Shown one piece after another: positions 1-7,954 of a stretch of DNA of 42,441 bases. Under the pieces are notes generated by a model. That model had not been told where the DNA came from. It searched no databases and saw only the letters and a program-made list of their open reading frames with translations. Within the stretch, counting starts at the first letter, position 1, and each line of letters starts with the position of its first letter. The translations under genes were made by a program, and so were the position numbers. This DNA comes from Bdellovibrionales bacterium (lineage in GTDB: Bacteria; Bdellovibrionota; Bdellovibrionia; Bdellovibrionales; JAGQZY01): positions 1 through 42,441 of the forward strand of contig JANPLN010000035.1 in the NCBI GenBank assembly GCA_031426555.1. The letters are read 5' to 3'.

Positions 1-116
1 TGACCTGCAGTAATGTGCTTTCATGTAAGTGTTGGCAAAATATTTGCTATTCTGGGGATATGCCGCCGTTACGAACAATAACTTACGGAGAATGGTTGGA
101 GCTATATGGCAAATGA
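1..116 (+). CDS. 5'-truncated ORF end, Cys-rich C-terminus (possible radical SAM SPASM/twitch tail)
   Basis: Frame 3 is open from the window edge: TCSNVLSCKCWQNICYSGDMPPLRTITYGEWLELYGK*, TGA at 114-116, overlapping the next ATG (106). Four Cys in 15 residues; family assignment is inference. Confidence 0.55.
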   Translation, partial: TCSNVLSCKCWQNICYSGDMPPLRTITYGEWLELYGK

Positions 117-684
117 ATTGCGCCTGATTCGAAAAACAAAAAGACTGAGAGTTGGGGGAAGTGGTCCTAAGAGAAGTGAGCTAAAAACGTTTCAAAAAAT
201 TGGCGAAGTTAGTCCACTAGCAGTGGATGTTCTTAATAGAATTTTGGATGAAAACCAAGGAAATGATTTAGGGGGAGATGGGTACTCCATCAGTAAACAA
301 TGTAATTTTGAAGCGGTTTTCAACGCTAATAATCTGTATCGGCAAATATTGTTGCAAAAGTGCATCGCCGACCATTCCCATAGTGTGGATGAATATTTAT
401 ACGATCAATGGCGTACGTTTGAAGGTCTTGATCGTGTAAAACTTGAAATATCTAAATTTGTATTGGAAGTCTTCAGGATGAGATTAAGCGAAATGAAAAA
501 AGGACACTCACTGAACTGGCATATTGATACCGATCCAAGTGTAATTTGCCGCGCACAAATTTGTCTTAAGGCAAATAACGACGTTTTTGAATTTAATAGA
601 AGGGGAAGTGTCGAATTTTTTAAAATGAAACCGGGTGAAATTTTTTTTGTAAATACCGGATGGTCCCATCGTGTTGTGAATTGA
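106..684 (+). CDS. Aspartyl/asparaginyl beta-hydroxylase-like 2OG-Fe(II) oxygenase, interrupted by in-frame TGA (homology continues to 759)
   Basis: FRMRLS..WHIDTD (HxD), CRAQICL, FFVNTGWSHRVVN (distal His); same architecture as 2080..2775. Confidence 0.75.
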   Translation: MANELRLIRKTKRLRVGGSGPKRSELKTFQKIGEVSPLAVDVLNRILDENQGNDLGGDGYSISKQCNFEAVFNANNLYRQILLQKCIADHSHSVDEYLYDQWRTFEGLDRVKLEISKFVLEVFRMRLSEMKKGHSLNWHIDTDPSVICRAQICLKANNDVFEFNRRGSVEFFKMKPGEIFFVNTGWSHRVVN

Positions 685-759
685 GAAGGGGATCGCAGAG
701 TAGCCATTTTTGGTTTTGATTTTAATAGTCTTCAAGACCAGAAAGTCCTATTGTTATGA
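685..759 (+). other. In-frame C-terminal continuation of the 106 oxygenase beyond TGA 682-684
   Basis: Reads EGDRRVAIFGFDFNSLQDQKVLLL*, supplying the conserved 2OG-binding Arg strand; ends with an ATGA overlap on the 756 start. Confidence 0.7.
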
Positions 760-1616
760 TTTCGTGGAACCCTATAGAGTCTCACCTTGGGGCTAAAATT
801 CAAGGAATGTCCTGTCAGCAGGCACTTTCTATAGATTCAAAACATTGGCAAGATTTGCTTTATAAAGTTAATGTAATAGTTATTGATCACATCGATTTAA
901 CTCGCGAAAGTTTTTATCAACTGTCTTTAAAGTTTGGCATTCCCTGGAGTAAAGAATTGCATCACCTGCATGGTGAAACGATAGAAGAAGATATGGTTGT
1001 TAATTGGAGCGATAAATCTGGATTAAAAAAAGTTTGTATACCATGGCATACTGACAACTCTTGGCACCCCACTTGGCGAAATCCGATTCGAATGCTATAC
1101 GGTGTTGCGATTCCTGATCCAAACTCAGGATGTTTGAATTATTTAAATTTAAGTTACGCTTATGAGCATGTATTAGACGACCTCGAAAAAGAAGAAATCA
1201 AAAATTGGCAGGTCCTAGTCCAGGATTATAAAAATAAAAATATTCAATATTGGTACCCTCTCATTCAAAAAAACCCAGTTTCTGGCAAAAAAAGCATTTT
1301 TATCACAGCAATGGATATAAATTCTCCTGAATTTGGTTTTACTAAGGCTCCGGGGTATCAAAAAGGAAATACTTTTTTGCTCAAGATAAAAGATCAGCAT
1401 GGTAACGAGAGGCCGCTGTCTTTCTTGGTTGAATATGCAAAAAAATGCATGAAAATTAAAGGTTGTTTTTTTGAGCAAAAGTGGAAGCCTAAAATGCTAC
1501 AAATTATTTCAAATTTGGACATGGTTCATTGCAGGACCACACTTTCTGATATTGAAGATGAGAGAATGATATGGCGCAAAACCATAGCCCATTACTTTCA
1601 GGGTGCCGACGCATGA
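756..1616 (+). CDS. TauD/TfdA family 2OG-Fe(II) dioxygenase
   Basis: N-terminal LGAKIQG, PWHTDNSW (HxD), PLIQKNPVSGKKSIF, KWKPKMLQIISNLDMVHCR (distal His/Arg) and RMIWRKTI. Confidence 0.85.
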   Translation: MISWNPIESHLGAKIQGMSCQQALSIDSKHWQDLLYKVNVIVIDHIDLTRESFYQLSLKFGIPWSKELHHLHGETIEEDMVVNWSDKSGLKKVCIPWHTDNSWHPTWRNPIRMLYGVAIPDPNSGCLNYLNLSYAYEHVLDDLEKEEIKNWQVLVQDYKNKNIQYWYPLIQKNPVSGKKSIFITAMDINSPEFGFTKAPGYQKGNTFLLKIKDQHGNERPLSFLVEYAKKCMKIKGCFFEQKWKPKMLQIISNLDMVHCRTTLSDIEDERMIWRKTIAHYFQGADA

Positions 1617-2077
1617 CCTTAACTCATTTGTCGATGCAGCATAAAATTGATACCGAATGGCATGAGAAGTATTTTTTAAGTCCTGCATACAGGTTAACAG
1701 CAATAACTGAATCTTATCTCCCATCGGCCTACTATGAACACTTCAGTTCAGTTTATGAAAGCATGTCATCCCATCTTTTGTTTCGTGCTAAATTTTCAAA
1801 CAAGGTGGAAAAAAAGGTGAATGTGCTGACGGTTTGGGATAGTGCCCAGGCATATGAGGAATTCTACGTGCGCATCAATGGGGCGAACTGGTTCGAGCAA
1901 CTTCAGAAAACGAAAATCAACTTTTCTTTTAGGAAAGATGTAATCGATGAGTTTAAGCTAAGCCAGATTATATCAGAGTGTTGGAATCAAGATCGTATAA
2001 TTTTTCAAGACGTCGCGGCTAAATTTCAGACTCCGAATATGAAAATTGGCGATCCATTTAAGAAAAAAATGGAATAA
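1613..2077 (+). CDS. Hypothetical protein, possible ABM/dimeric alpha-beta barrel fold
   Basis: ATG 1613 overlaps upstream TGA (ATGA); LTVWDSAQAYEEF resembles the ABM-type W-x-S motif. Confidence 0.55.
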   Translation: MTLTHLSMQHKIDTEWHEKYFLSPAYRLTAITESYLPSAYYEHFSSVYESMSSHLLFRAKFSNKVEKKVNVLTVWDSAQAYEEFYVRINGANWFEQLQKTKINFSFRKDVIDEFKLSQIISECWNQDRIIFQDVAAKFQTPNMKIGDPFKKKME

Positions 2078-2079
2078 TA

Positions 2080-2775
2080 ATGCCCGTTCATAAATTAAAT
2101 ATACCAGTTGAGATTAAGCCATTTGATTACTCATCCATCCAGATGGCTGGATATGGTCGAAATACAATTAATGGTGTTGCTTTCACTAGTAGTGACGGCG
2201 GTGCGGCGACCGGGTTTAATTATAGTTTTGGGCTCATCCGCAACGTTGAGGGTAAAATGTGGTTTGATACAAATATGATATTAAAGCATCACATCGAATC
2301 ACCGTACTTTCACGTGGTTCCAACAGATTATTATAAATACATACTTCCAACATTTGGTCGTCTCCACGAAATTGGAATAAAATTTTTCAGAGTAAGGCTT
2401 AGTTTGTTGAAGGCAGGGGCCATAATTCCTCCACATAGAGATAGCACGTCAGAAGCTGACTATTGTGTAAAAATACATATTCCAATACAAACAAATGAAC
2501 ATTGTCGTTTTGTTTTTGGCGAGAAATCTTATTATTTAGAAGAAAATGGTTTTTATTTGGCTGATGTGGCACAAATGCATTCATTCGAAAATCGGGGTAC
2601 CGAAGATCGGTATCACATCATTGGTGATTGTATCGTTACCAACCCTGATCTACCTTTGTATTGCCGAGATCAGGAGGGAACTGTGCGGTTTTACGAAGAA
2701 TGGCAACGAAGACTCTTGAAGAAAGATAATTCTGTTAGGTTTTTTGCGCCATTTCAATACCGTGTCTCATACTGA
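2080..2775 (+). CDS. Aspartyl/asparaginyl beta-hydroxylase-like 2OG-Fe(II) oxygenase
   Basis: FRVRLSLLKAGAIIPPHRD (HxD), KIHIPIQTN, MHSFENRGTEDRYHIIGD. Confidence 0.85.
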   Translation: MPVHKLNIPVEIKPFDYSSIQMAGYGRNTINGVAFTSSDGGAATGFNYSFGLIRNVEGKMWFDTNMILKHHIESPYFHVVPTDYYKYILPTFGRLHEIGIKFFRVRLSLLKAGAIIPPHRDSTSEADYCVKIHIPIQTNEHCRFVFGEKSYYLEENGFYLADVAQMHSFENRGTEDRYHIIGDCIVTNPDLPLYCRDQEGTVRFYEEWQRRLLKKDNSVRFFAPFQYRVSY

Positions 2776-2865
2776 GATTTTAGATTCACTCGACCAAGGT
2801 GTTACGTTTAAATTATTCTAAAGAATTAAGAAGACAAAAAAAAGGACGCAAGCTATAATCTAGGA

Positions 2866-3324
2866 ATGTATTTGTCGAGTCGAAGAAAGATGATTGCTTC
2901 TGGCCTTTTACTCACGGCCACCTCAATGTTTACCTTCTCAAAAAAGAAGGGTTTACTTTCTTTTTTAACGTCTCATCTCGCTCCAAGCGATGAAACTGTT
3001 TCAGTTCGACAAGTGGTAGTCATTAAATCTAACGAAGGCAATTTTTCTGATGCAAATCACTTAAAAAACGCTTGGAATAACTTTGTTAATCAGTGCAACC
3101 TGTCTTTTTCTGATCTTTGTACCTGGCGTGAAAGTGGGAGTTTTTCGATGGAAAAAAGAACCCTGCTGGACTCAAAAACTCTTCAAACTGTTCGCGTTTG
3201 GAAATCCAGAAAAGATTTTGATAATTGGTTGATAAGCGAGCAGAGGAATTCGATGAAAACTCTATTGCAAAACAATTCAAAATTTTTTCTTGTTCAAGAT
3301 TCCTTCGATATAATTCAGTCTTAA
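2866..3324 (+). CDS. Hypothetical exported protein, Tat-like signal, ABM-like C-terminus
   Basis: SRRKMI plus hydrophobic stretch; VRVWKSRKDFDNW. Confidence 0.55.
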   Translation: MYLSSRRKMIASGLLLTATSMFTFSKKKGLLSFLTSHLAPSDETVSVRQVVVIKSNEGNFSDANHLKNAWNNFVNQCNLSFSDLCTWRESGSFSMEKRTLLDSKTLQTVRVWKSRKDFDNWLISEQRNSMKTLLQNNSKFFLVQDSFDIIQS

Positions 3325-4313
3325 TTAAGAAACGTGCGAGTGTAATTTTTTAGAATCGAGTAAGGCATTAGCATATCTGGGTTGCTGATTCTTCTAGGTT
3401 CAGCAAGAGAATTTTCTACAATGTATTTTAATCCGTCATTGCCATTGTTAAAATGAATTAACTTCGAGTAACTCTTTAGTTCTGCCAAATACTTTTTTTC
3501 CTGGGTTACCAAATATAAGCCATGAGTTGCAAGCGCTTTCTGGCTGAGGTTGGCTGCCAACTCAATAGCTTTTTGCAGATTTAGCTGGGCTACGTCTTTC
3601 CTTTTGTTAGTATATTCAAAAAGTGCAGCAATTATATAATCGATATAAATTTTTGGTTTTAAAATCGGTGCAGCTTTCAAAGAATCAACGGTTTCTAAAT
3701 ATCCAATAACTGAGGGGTCAGTACTTTTTGATATCTGATAAGCTAGATTTTCATTAGGTAATATTTTAATACATGTTAAATAGGCGAGATGCTCTTGTGG
3801 TGAAGCTACCAGAACCAAGGGTTTTTTCAAAACTTCTTTGCATGAATTTTCCATATCCTTTAAAGATGTGCTTAGGGAAGAGGCGCCACTCAAAAGTACG
3901 CGGTAAAGCAGTTCGGTCTCTTTAACTACAGTCCTCCACCTATAAAAAATTGCTGTGGGCGACATATAATACGATTGTACGTTAAGGAGTTGAGTTACGC
4001 AATCGAGGCTGCATTTGCGAGGAAATTGTTTTTGTAGGTACGAAAAAAGAAACGTTTCGACCGGTTTAAATGATTCAATCGTGGAAGGATCTTGTTTATA
4101 CTGTTGCAACAGAAATTCACAAAGAATTCCAAAGTTTTCTGAATTAATATCTTTTGTATTTGCAGAAACTTTTGCATCAACCATCGCAAGTGCGATATCT
4201 GTGCGCTTGGCTTTTATCGCTCTCGCGACAACCATAGTAAATCCCTTTTCTTGCGCAAATGCGAGATTACCGTTTGTTATAAAAATTAAAAATGTGATTA
4301 TTTTATAAATCAT
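3321..4313 (-). CDS. Hypothetical secreted, mostly helical protein
   Basis: 330-aa ORF with signal peptide (..LAFA|QE); converges on the 2866 gene with a 4-bp overlap. Confidence 0.6.
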   Translation of the reverse strand: MIYKIITFLIFITNGNLAFAQEKGFTMVVARAIKAKRTDIALAMVDAKVSANTKDINSENFGILCEFLLQQYKQDPSTIESFKPVETFLFSYLQKQFPRKCSLDCVTQLLNVQSYYMSPTAIFYRWRTVVKETELLYRVLLSGASSLSTSLKDMENSCKEVLKKPLVLVASPQEHLAYLTCIKILPNENLAYQISKSTDPSVIGYLETVDSLKAAPILKPKIYIDYIIAALFEYTNKRKDVAQLNLQKAIELAANLSQKALATHGLYLVTQEKKYLAELKSYSKLIHFNNGNDGLKYIVENSLAEPRRISNPDMLMPYSILKNYTRTFLN

Positions 4314-4873
4314 TTGCGTGTTAGTTTAACTAACTATAATTCGGAAAACAATTCATAAAAGAAGTCTTCTTCAGATTGCTAGAATATTTGTTTTTATGAC
4401 CTAAGGTTCATGTTTTCAATGCATAAAAATATTTTCTCTAAAACTTGGTAAAGAGGAATGGTCAGTGTTTCGATGATTTTTCAAAGCTAAATTGCAAATC
4501 TGAAGGTGCTAGTCCGAAAAGTTTAAGTACTGCACAGGTACGGTCTTCTTCAACCCAGACAGGAAAAAACGAAGTTTTGTTTTGCTGCCCCGCATGCATT
4601 TACACACCTATCCAAATTATTTATGTCCCAATAAGAACCAATGGTTTGATTTGCTATGCCAACTATTAGTTTTAAGAGGCACGACTTTAGTTTCGGTGCA
4701 CCCAAGTGAGGATACTAATGAAATTCAGCAGATGGATAGTCTAACCACAGAACGGGTGTGGGAGTTTTAGGTGTTATTTTTTATATTGAACTGTCGTTTT
4801 TTGTTACATCCATGAAAAAAAGTCTACCAAAAAATGTCAAATCGGAAGGCCTTGCAAATTAACAGGTAGGGAA

Positions 4874-4890
4874 TTGGCATATGAACTGCA
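4874..4890 (+). promoter_or_regulatory. Putative sigma-54 promoter for the S8 protease
   Basis: TTGGCATATGAACTGCA = GG-N10-GC, about 47 nt before ATG 4937. Confidence 0.5.
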
Positions 4891-4936
4891 TATCCAATCA
4901 CGTAACTTTATTCACAAAGATAACAAAGAGGAGCTT

Positions 4937-6139
4937 ATGCGACGTTTATTTTTTTTCATCGCTTGTTTTTTTGCAATATCATCCATTGTTAATGCGGAAG
5001 ATCAATTGGACGCTGCATGTAGATCTTCTGATCCTGTCCTTGTTTATGATAATTTTCCTATTACCGATCCCGAGAAAATGAAGTTGTTAATGATGTTGCC
5101 GTCTCCGGTCGTCGATGTCAGCGGTGATAGCATTCCTGATATTTTTCATGGAGAGTTGGTTGAAAAATTAGTGCAGTTGAGTGGTTATAAAACCGAACGT
5201 TTCATTGTTTCTGGTGAATCAAGTCTTCCTGAGATTGCGGAGAATCTAGAGATCTTAGTTAAAAAATTAGAGACTGGTGAAGTGCGATATTCGAGAATTA
5301 ATTTCTCTCAAGAAACCCCTTTGAAAATTTCCTCTTTTAAAGAAGATTTATTTCCAAATGATCCCCAAATACCGGAAATCACAGTAGCTAATCTTCCGAA
5401 ATATAGAACTACGATTCTTGAAAAGATTATGAGTGATAGACCCGATTTTAAATTGCAGGAAACCATAGGCTTGTTAAAGCGTTTGCAAAAATTAGGTGTA
5501 CCTTTGGTCGTAGCGGGTGGAAATTTTGGACCAAATTATGTTAACGTGTTTTCATTGTTGCCCGGTGTAATTTCAGTGGGCTCTTTGAATCTTGACGGTA
5601 GTAAGAGAGCAGCCTCCGCTGATAATCCATTTGTTACGGTTTGGCGCAAAGGAGTTTTTGTGTCACGAGCTTCAGTCGGAGGAGTAGATATCGATGGAGA
5701 TCGAATCACCGATTTCAGCAGCACAATCTTTTCAAGCGGGCCATTGATTCCCACTTTATTCGAGGGCAAACAAATCAAAGATGTTGTCAGTGAAGTGCCT
5801 TCAGATTTGGTAGAATATGCTAATAAAACTCTTGTTAATAGCAAACATGTAGTACCAAATGCAGTTTGGAATATTATGCCGACGGGCTTGTATCGAGTGG
5901 GCGACTTAGTGAATCTGGGAACTATTACACCTGGCACACGAAAGTTATGGAAAAGCTCCGGAAAATATATTTACAAGGACAGAGAGAATGAAGGCTTTCC
6001 ATTTTTCTTTGTTGATGACGGTAAATACATCCGCTTCGATCCTCTGGGCAACGGAGCTCATTCGCAACGAAGTGTCCTCGCGGGGACAAGTTATGCGGCT
6101 CCAACGATTTGCCTAAAGGGTGCCGTGTTTAACAAATAG
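4937..6139 (+). CDS. Secreted S8 (subtilisin-like) serine peptidase
   Basis: SD GAGGAG before ATG 4937; signal peptide; VYDN (Asp), FHGELV (His), VVAGGN (oxyanion Asn), ISVGS, AGTSYAAP (Ser). Confidence 0.8.
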   Translation: MRRLFFFIACFFAISSIVNAEDQLDAACRSSDPVLVYDNFPITDPEKMKLLMMLPSPVVDVSGDSIPDIFHGELVEKLVQLSGYKTERFIVSGESSLPEIAENLEILVKKLETGEVRYSRINFSQETPLKISSFKEDLFPNDPQIPEITVANLPKYRTTILEKIMSDRPDFKLQETIGLLKRLQKLGVPLVVAGGNFGPNYVNVFSLLPGVISVGSLNLDGSKRAASADNPFVTVWRKGVFVSRASVGGVDIDGDRITDFSSTIFSSGPLIPTLFEGKQIKDVVSEVPSDLVEYANKTLVNSKHVVPNAVWNIMPTGLYRVGDLVNLGTITPGTRKLWKSSGKYIYKDRENEGFPFFFVDDGKYIRFDPLGNGAHSQRSVLAGTSYAAPTICLKGAVFNK

Positions 6140-6259
6140 TCAAGGAAAGCCCTTGGATCGATTCAGCTCATTGCGCCTACGCCGATTAATGGTAACTGTG
6201 GCAACGGGACAAAGCTACTTGTTTGAAATTAAATGAATTGGTTTAAAAGATAGAGAAAT

Positions 6260-6336
6260 TGGGGTGATCGACGGGGCTTGAACCCGCGACAACTGGAATC
6301 ACAATCCAGTGCTCTACCAACTGAGCTACGACCACC
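6260..6336 (-). tRNA. tRNA-His (GTG)
   Basis: Reverse complement GGTGGTCGTAGCTCAGTTGGTAGAGCACTGGATTGTGATTCCAGTTGTCGCGGGTTCAAGCCCCGTCGATCACCCCA; anticodon GTG, encoded G-1/C73 and CCA. Confidence 0.97.
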
Positions 6337-6444
6337 AAAACAGATTTGGAGTCCTCTTTATAAAAGCGGAAGGGGAGTTTATCAATAGCTAATATAGAGC
6401 TCGCGGCAAATTGAGCGAGCTATCGGATGCCCCTGGGGTCGGGC

Positions 6445-6945
6445 CTAATCTTCGGGTGTGAACTCTTCTTCATCCCCAGAAGTTTCATCTTCCTTGGGTG
6501 AGTTATCGATCACATCGAGGTCACTCGACTTACCAGACTCTTCGCTGGCAGCCGGAGGGGTGGCCTTTTGTGACTCGCCGCCCAAACTGGCCGTGGATTT
6601 TTCGAAATTGAACGGATAAACAACTTCCAAGGATTTGCCAGTGGGAAACTGCCATCCATGAACCACCTTTTTTAAGCAGGCATTGAGCAGTTTGTTGTAA
6701 AGAGTGGAGCGTTTTTTCATGTAGATGGTTTTGTAGGCTTTGCCGTCATCGTTGATCAAAAATTTGAGCTCGACAGTTCCATTGCCTAAATCGGGCTGCT
6801 TTTTAGCCACTTTTTCGTAACAAGATTCAACTTGCGCTTTGTTTTCCGAAAATGGAGCTTTCAGATCTCCTGTTGCAACATCCGACGACGTTGAGCATCC
6901 AGAAATAAAAAATACTGTGAGTAAAACCGCAAACCATCTATTCAT
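6445..6945 (-). CDS. Lipoprotein with AgmX/PglI-type TonB C-terminal domain
   Basis: Lipobox ISGC; VESCYEK..PDLGNGTVELKFLINDDG..ACLKKVVHGWQFP..VVYPFNF; acidic tail. Confidence 0.75.
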   Translation of the reverse strand: MNRWFAVLLTVFFISGCSTSSDVATGDLKAPFSENKAQVESCYEKVAKKQPDLGNGTVELKFLINDDGKAYKTIYMKKRSTLYNKLLNACLKKVVHGWQFPTGKSLEVVYPFNFEKSTASLGGESQKATPPAASEESGKSSDLDVIDNSPKEDETSGDEEEFTPED

Positions 6946-6983
6946 GAAATGTCCCCTTTAATGCCTATCACTTAAATTTAGAA

Positions 6984-7910
6984 TTAATCGAGCTTATTGA
7001 CAACATCATTCAGCGCTTTAAGGATGTCGGGATCATATTTGTCTTTTATCTTTGTACTGATAAACAGCAGCGCATCCTTTGGAGTCATGGGCTGGTTGTA
7101 GGAGCGCTGGGTGGTGAGGGCATCAAAGGTGTCGGCAATGGCCACAATGCGCGCCATGGGATGGATGGAGGGGCCATCCAACTTCTGCGGATAGCCGTTC
7201 CCCAAAAAACTTTCGTGGTGTTCAAAACAACAGGCCTTAATGGCTTCCGAAACATCATACTCGCTGAGTATTTTTAGGCCGTACTCGGGATGGCGTTGCA
7301 TCTGCGCCCATTCGGTTTCGTCCAGAGCGCCTTTTTTGCATATAATTTCAGCAGCAACCCATTTTTTGCCGATATCATGAAACAGCGATCCGCGTCCCAG
7401 TTCGGCCAGCATCTCGTCGTTGTAGCCCACAAGTTTGCCAATACCTAGGGCATACACACTCACATCCAAAGAGTGATTGAAGGTGTAAAAGTCGTGGGTC
7501 GAAAGTTGAATCAGATGGTCGATGCTCTCCGGAGTTTCGTTAAGCAGCTTTACAAAATGGCCCACAACTTCCTTGGAGTCATTGAGAGCTTCGCTGATGT
7601 CCTTTTTTTCGTAGATTTCTTCCACCAACGAAATCGAAGTGTCGCGCAGGATTTTCGCTTTGGCAGCCACGCTCACGCCATCTTGGTTCAGTGCGGACGA
7701 GATGAAATTTTTAAACGCCTGTCTTTGTGACAGTGGAACAAAAAACTGTTCGGATCCCTTTAACTTCGAAATTTTTTCTTGGGAAATTTTTCCGCCAGCC
7801 GGAAGATAGTGGATGTACTTCTTGTTGACGAGCACATAAAGATCAAACGGCAAAGCTGCGTCCGGAAGGAGCGTGCCCACTCGAATTTGAAAGTACGAAT
7901 CGTTTTCCAC
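6984..7910 (-). CDS. HD-GYP domain c-di-GMP phosphodiesterase
   Basis: YTFNHS, FHDIGK, HHESFLGNGYP, IADTFDALTTQRSY; GTG 7910 preferred because the 7961 start overlaps recG. Confidence 0.9.
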   Translation of the reverse strand: MENDSYFQIRVGTLLPDAALPFDLYVLVNKKYIHYLPAGGKISQEKISKLKGSEQFFVPLSQRQAFKNFISSALNQDGVSVAAKAKILRDTSISLVEEIYEKKDISEALNDSKEVVGHFVKLLNETPESIDHLIQLSTHDFYTFNHSLDVSVYALGIGKLVGYNDEMLAELGRGSLFHDIGKKWVAAEIICKKGALDETEWAQMQRHPEYGLKILSEYDVSEAIKACCFEHHESFLGNGYPQKLDGPSIHPMARIVAIADTFDALTTQRSYNQPMTPKDALLFISTKIKDKYDPDILKALNDVVNKLD

Positions 7911-7954
7911 TCGAATAGTTTGCCAGGTTCTGGGATTCTGTCTATAAAAACAAA

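Noticed and set aside
1..2775. Alternative genetic code (TGA as sense) for the island
   Set aside because: TGA ends neighbouring genes at ATGA overlaps, so it works as stop; only one internal TGA was seen.
2835..2865. GGACGCAAGCTATA resembling part of a c-di-GMP-I riboswitch
   Set aside because: The upstream GGCAAA/GNRA stem and P3 are absent; TATAAT is better explained as a -10 box.
4445..4770. Short Cys-containing ORFs as RiPP precursor candidates
   Set aside because: TTG starts, no clear SD, no leader/core pattern; minus-strand frames have scattered stops and may be a decayed gene, but I cannot identify it.
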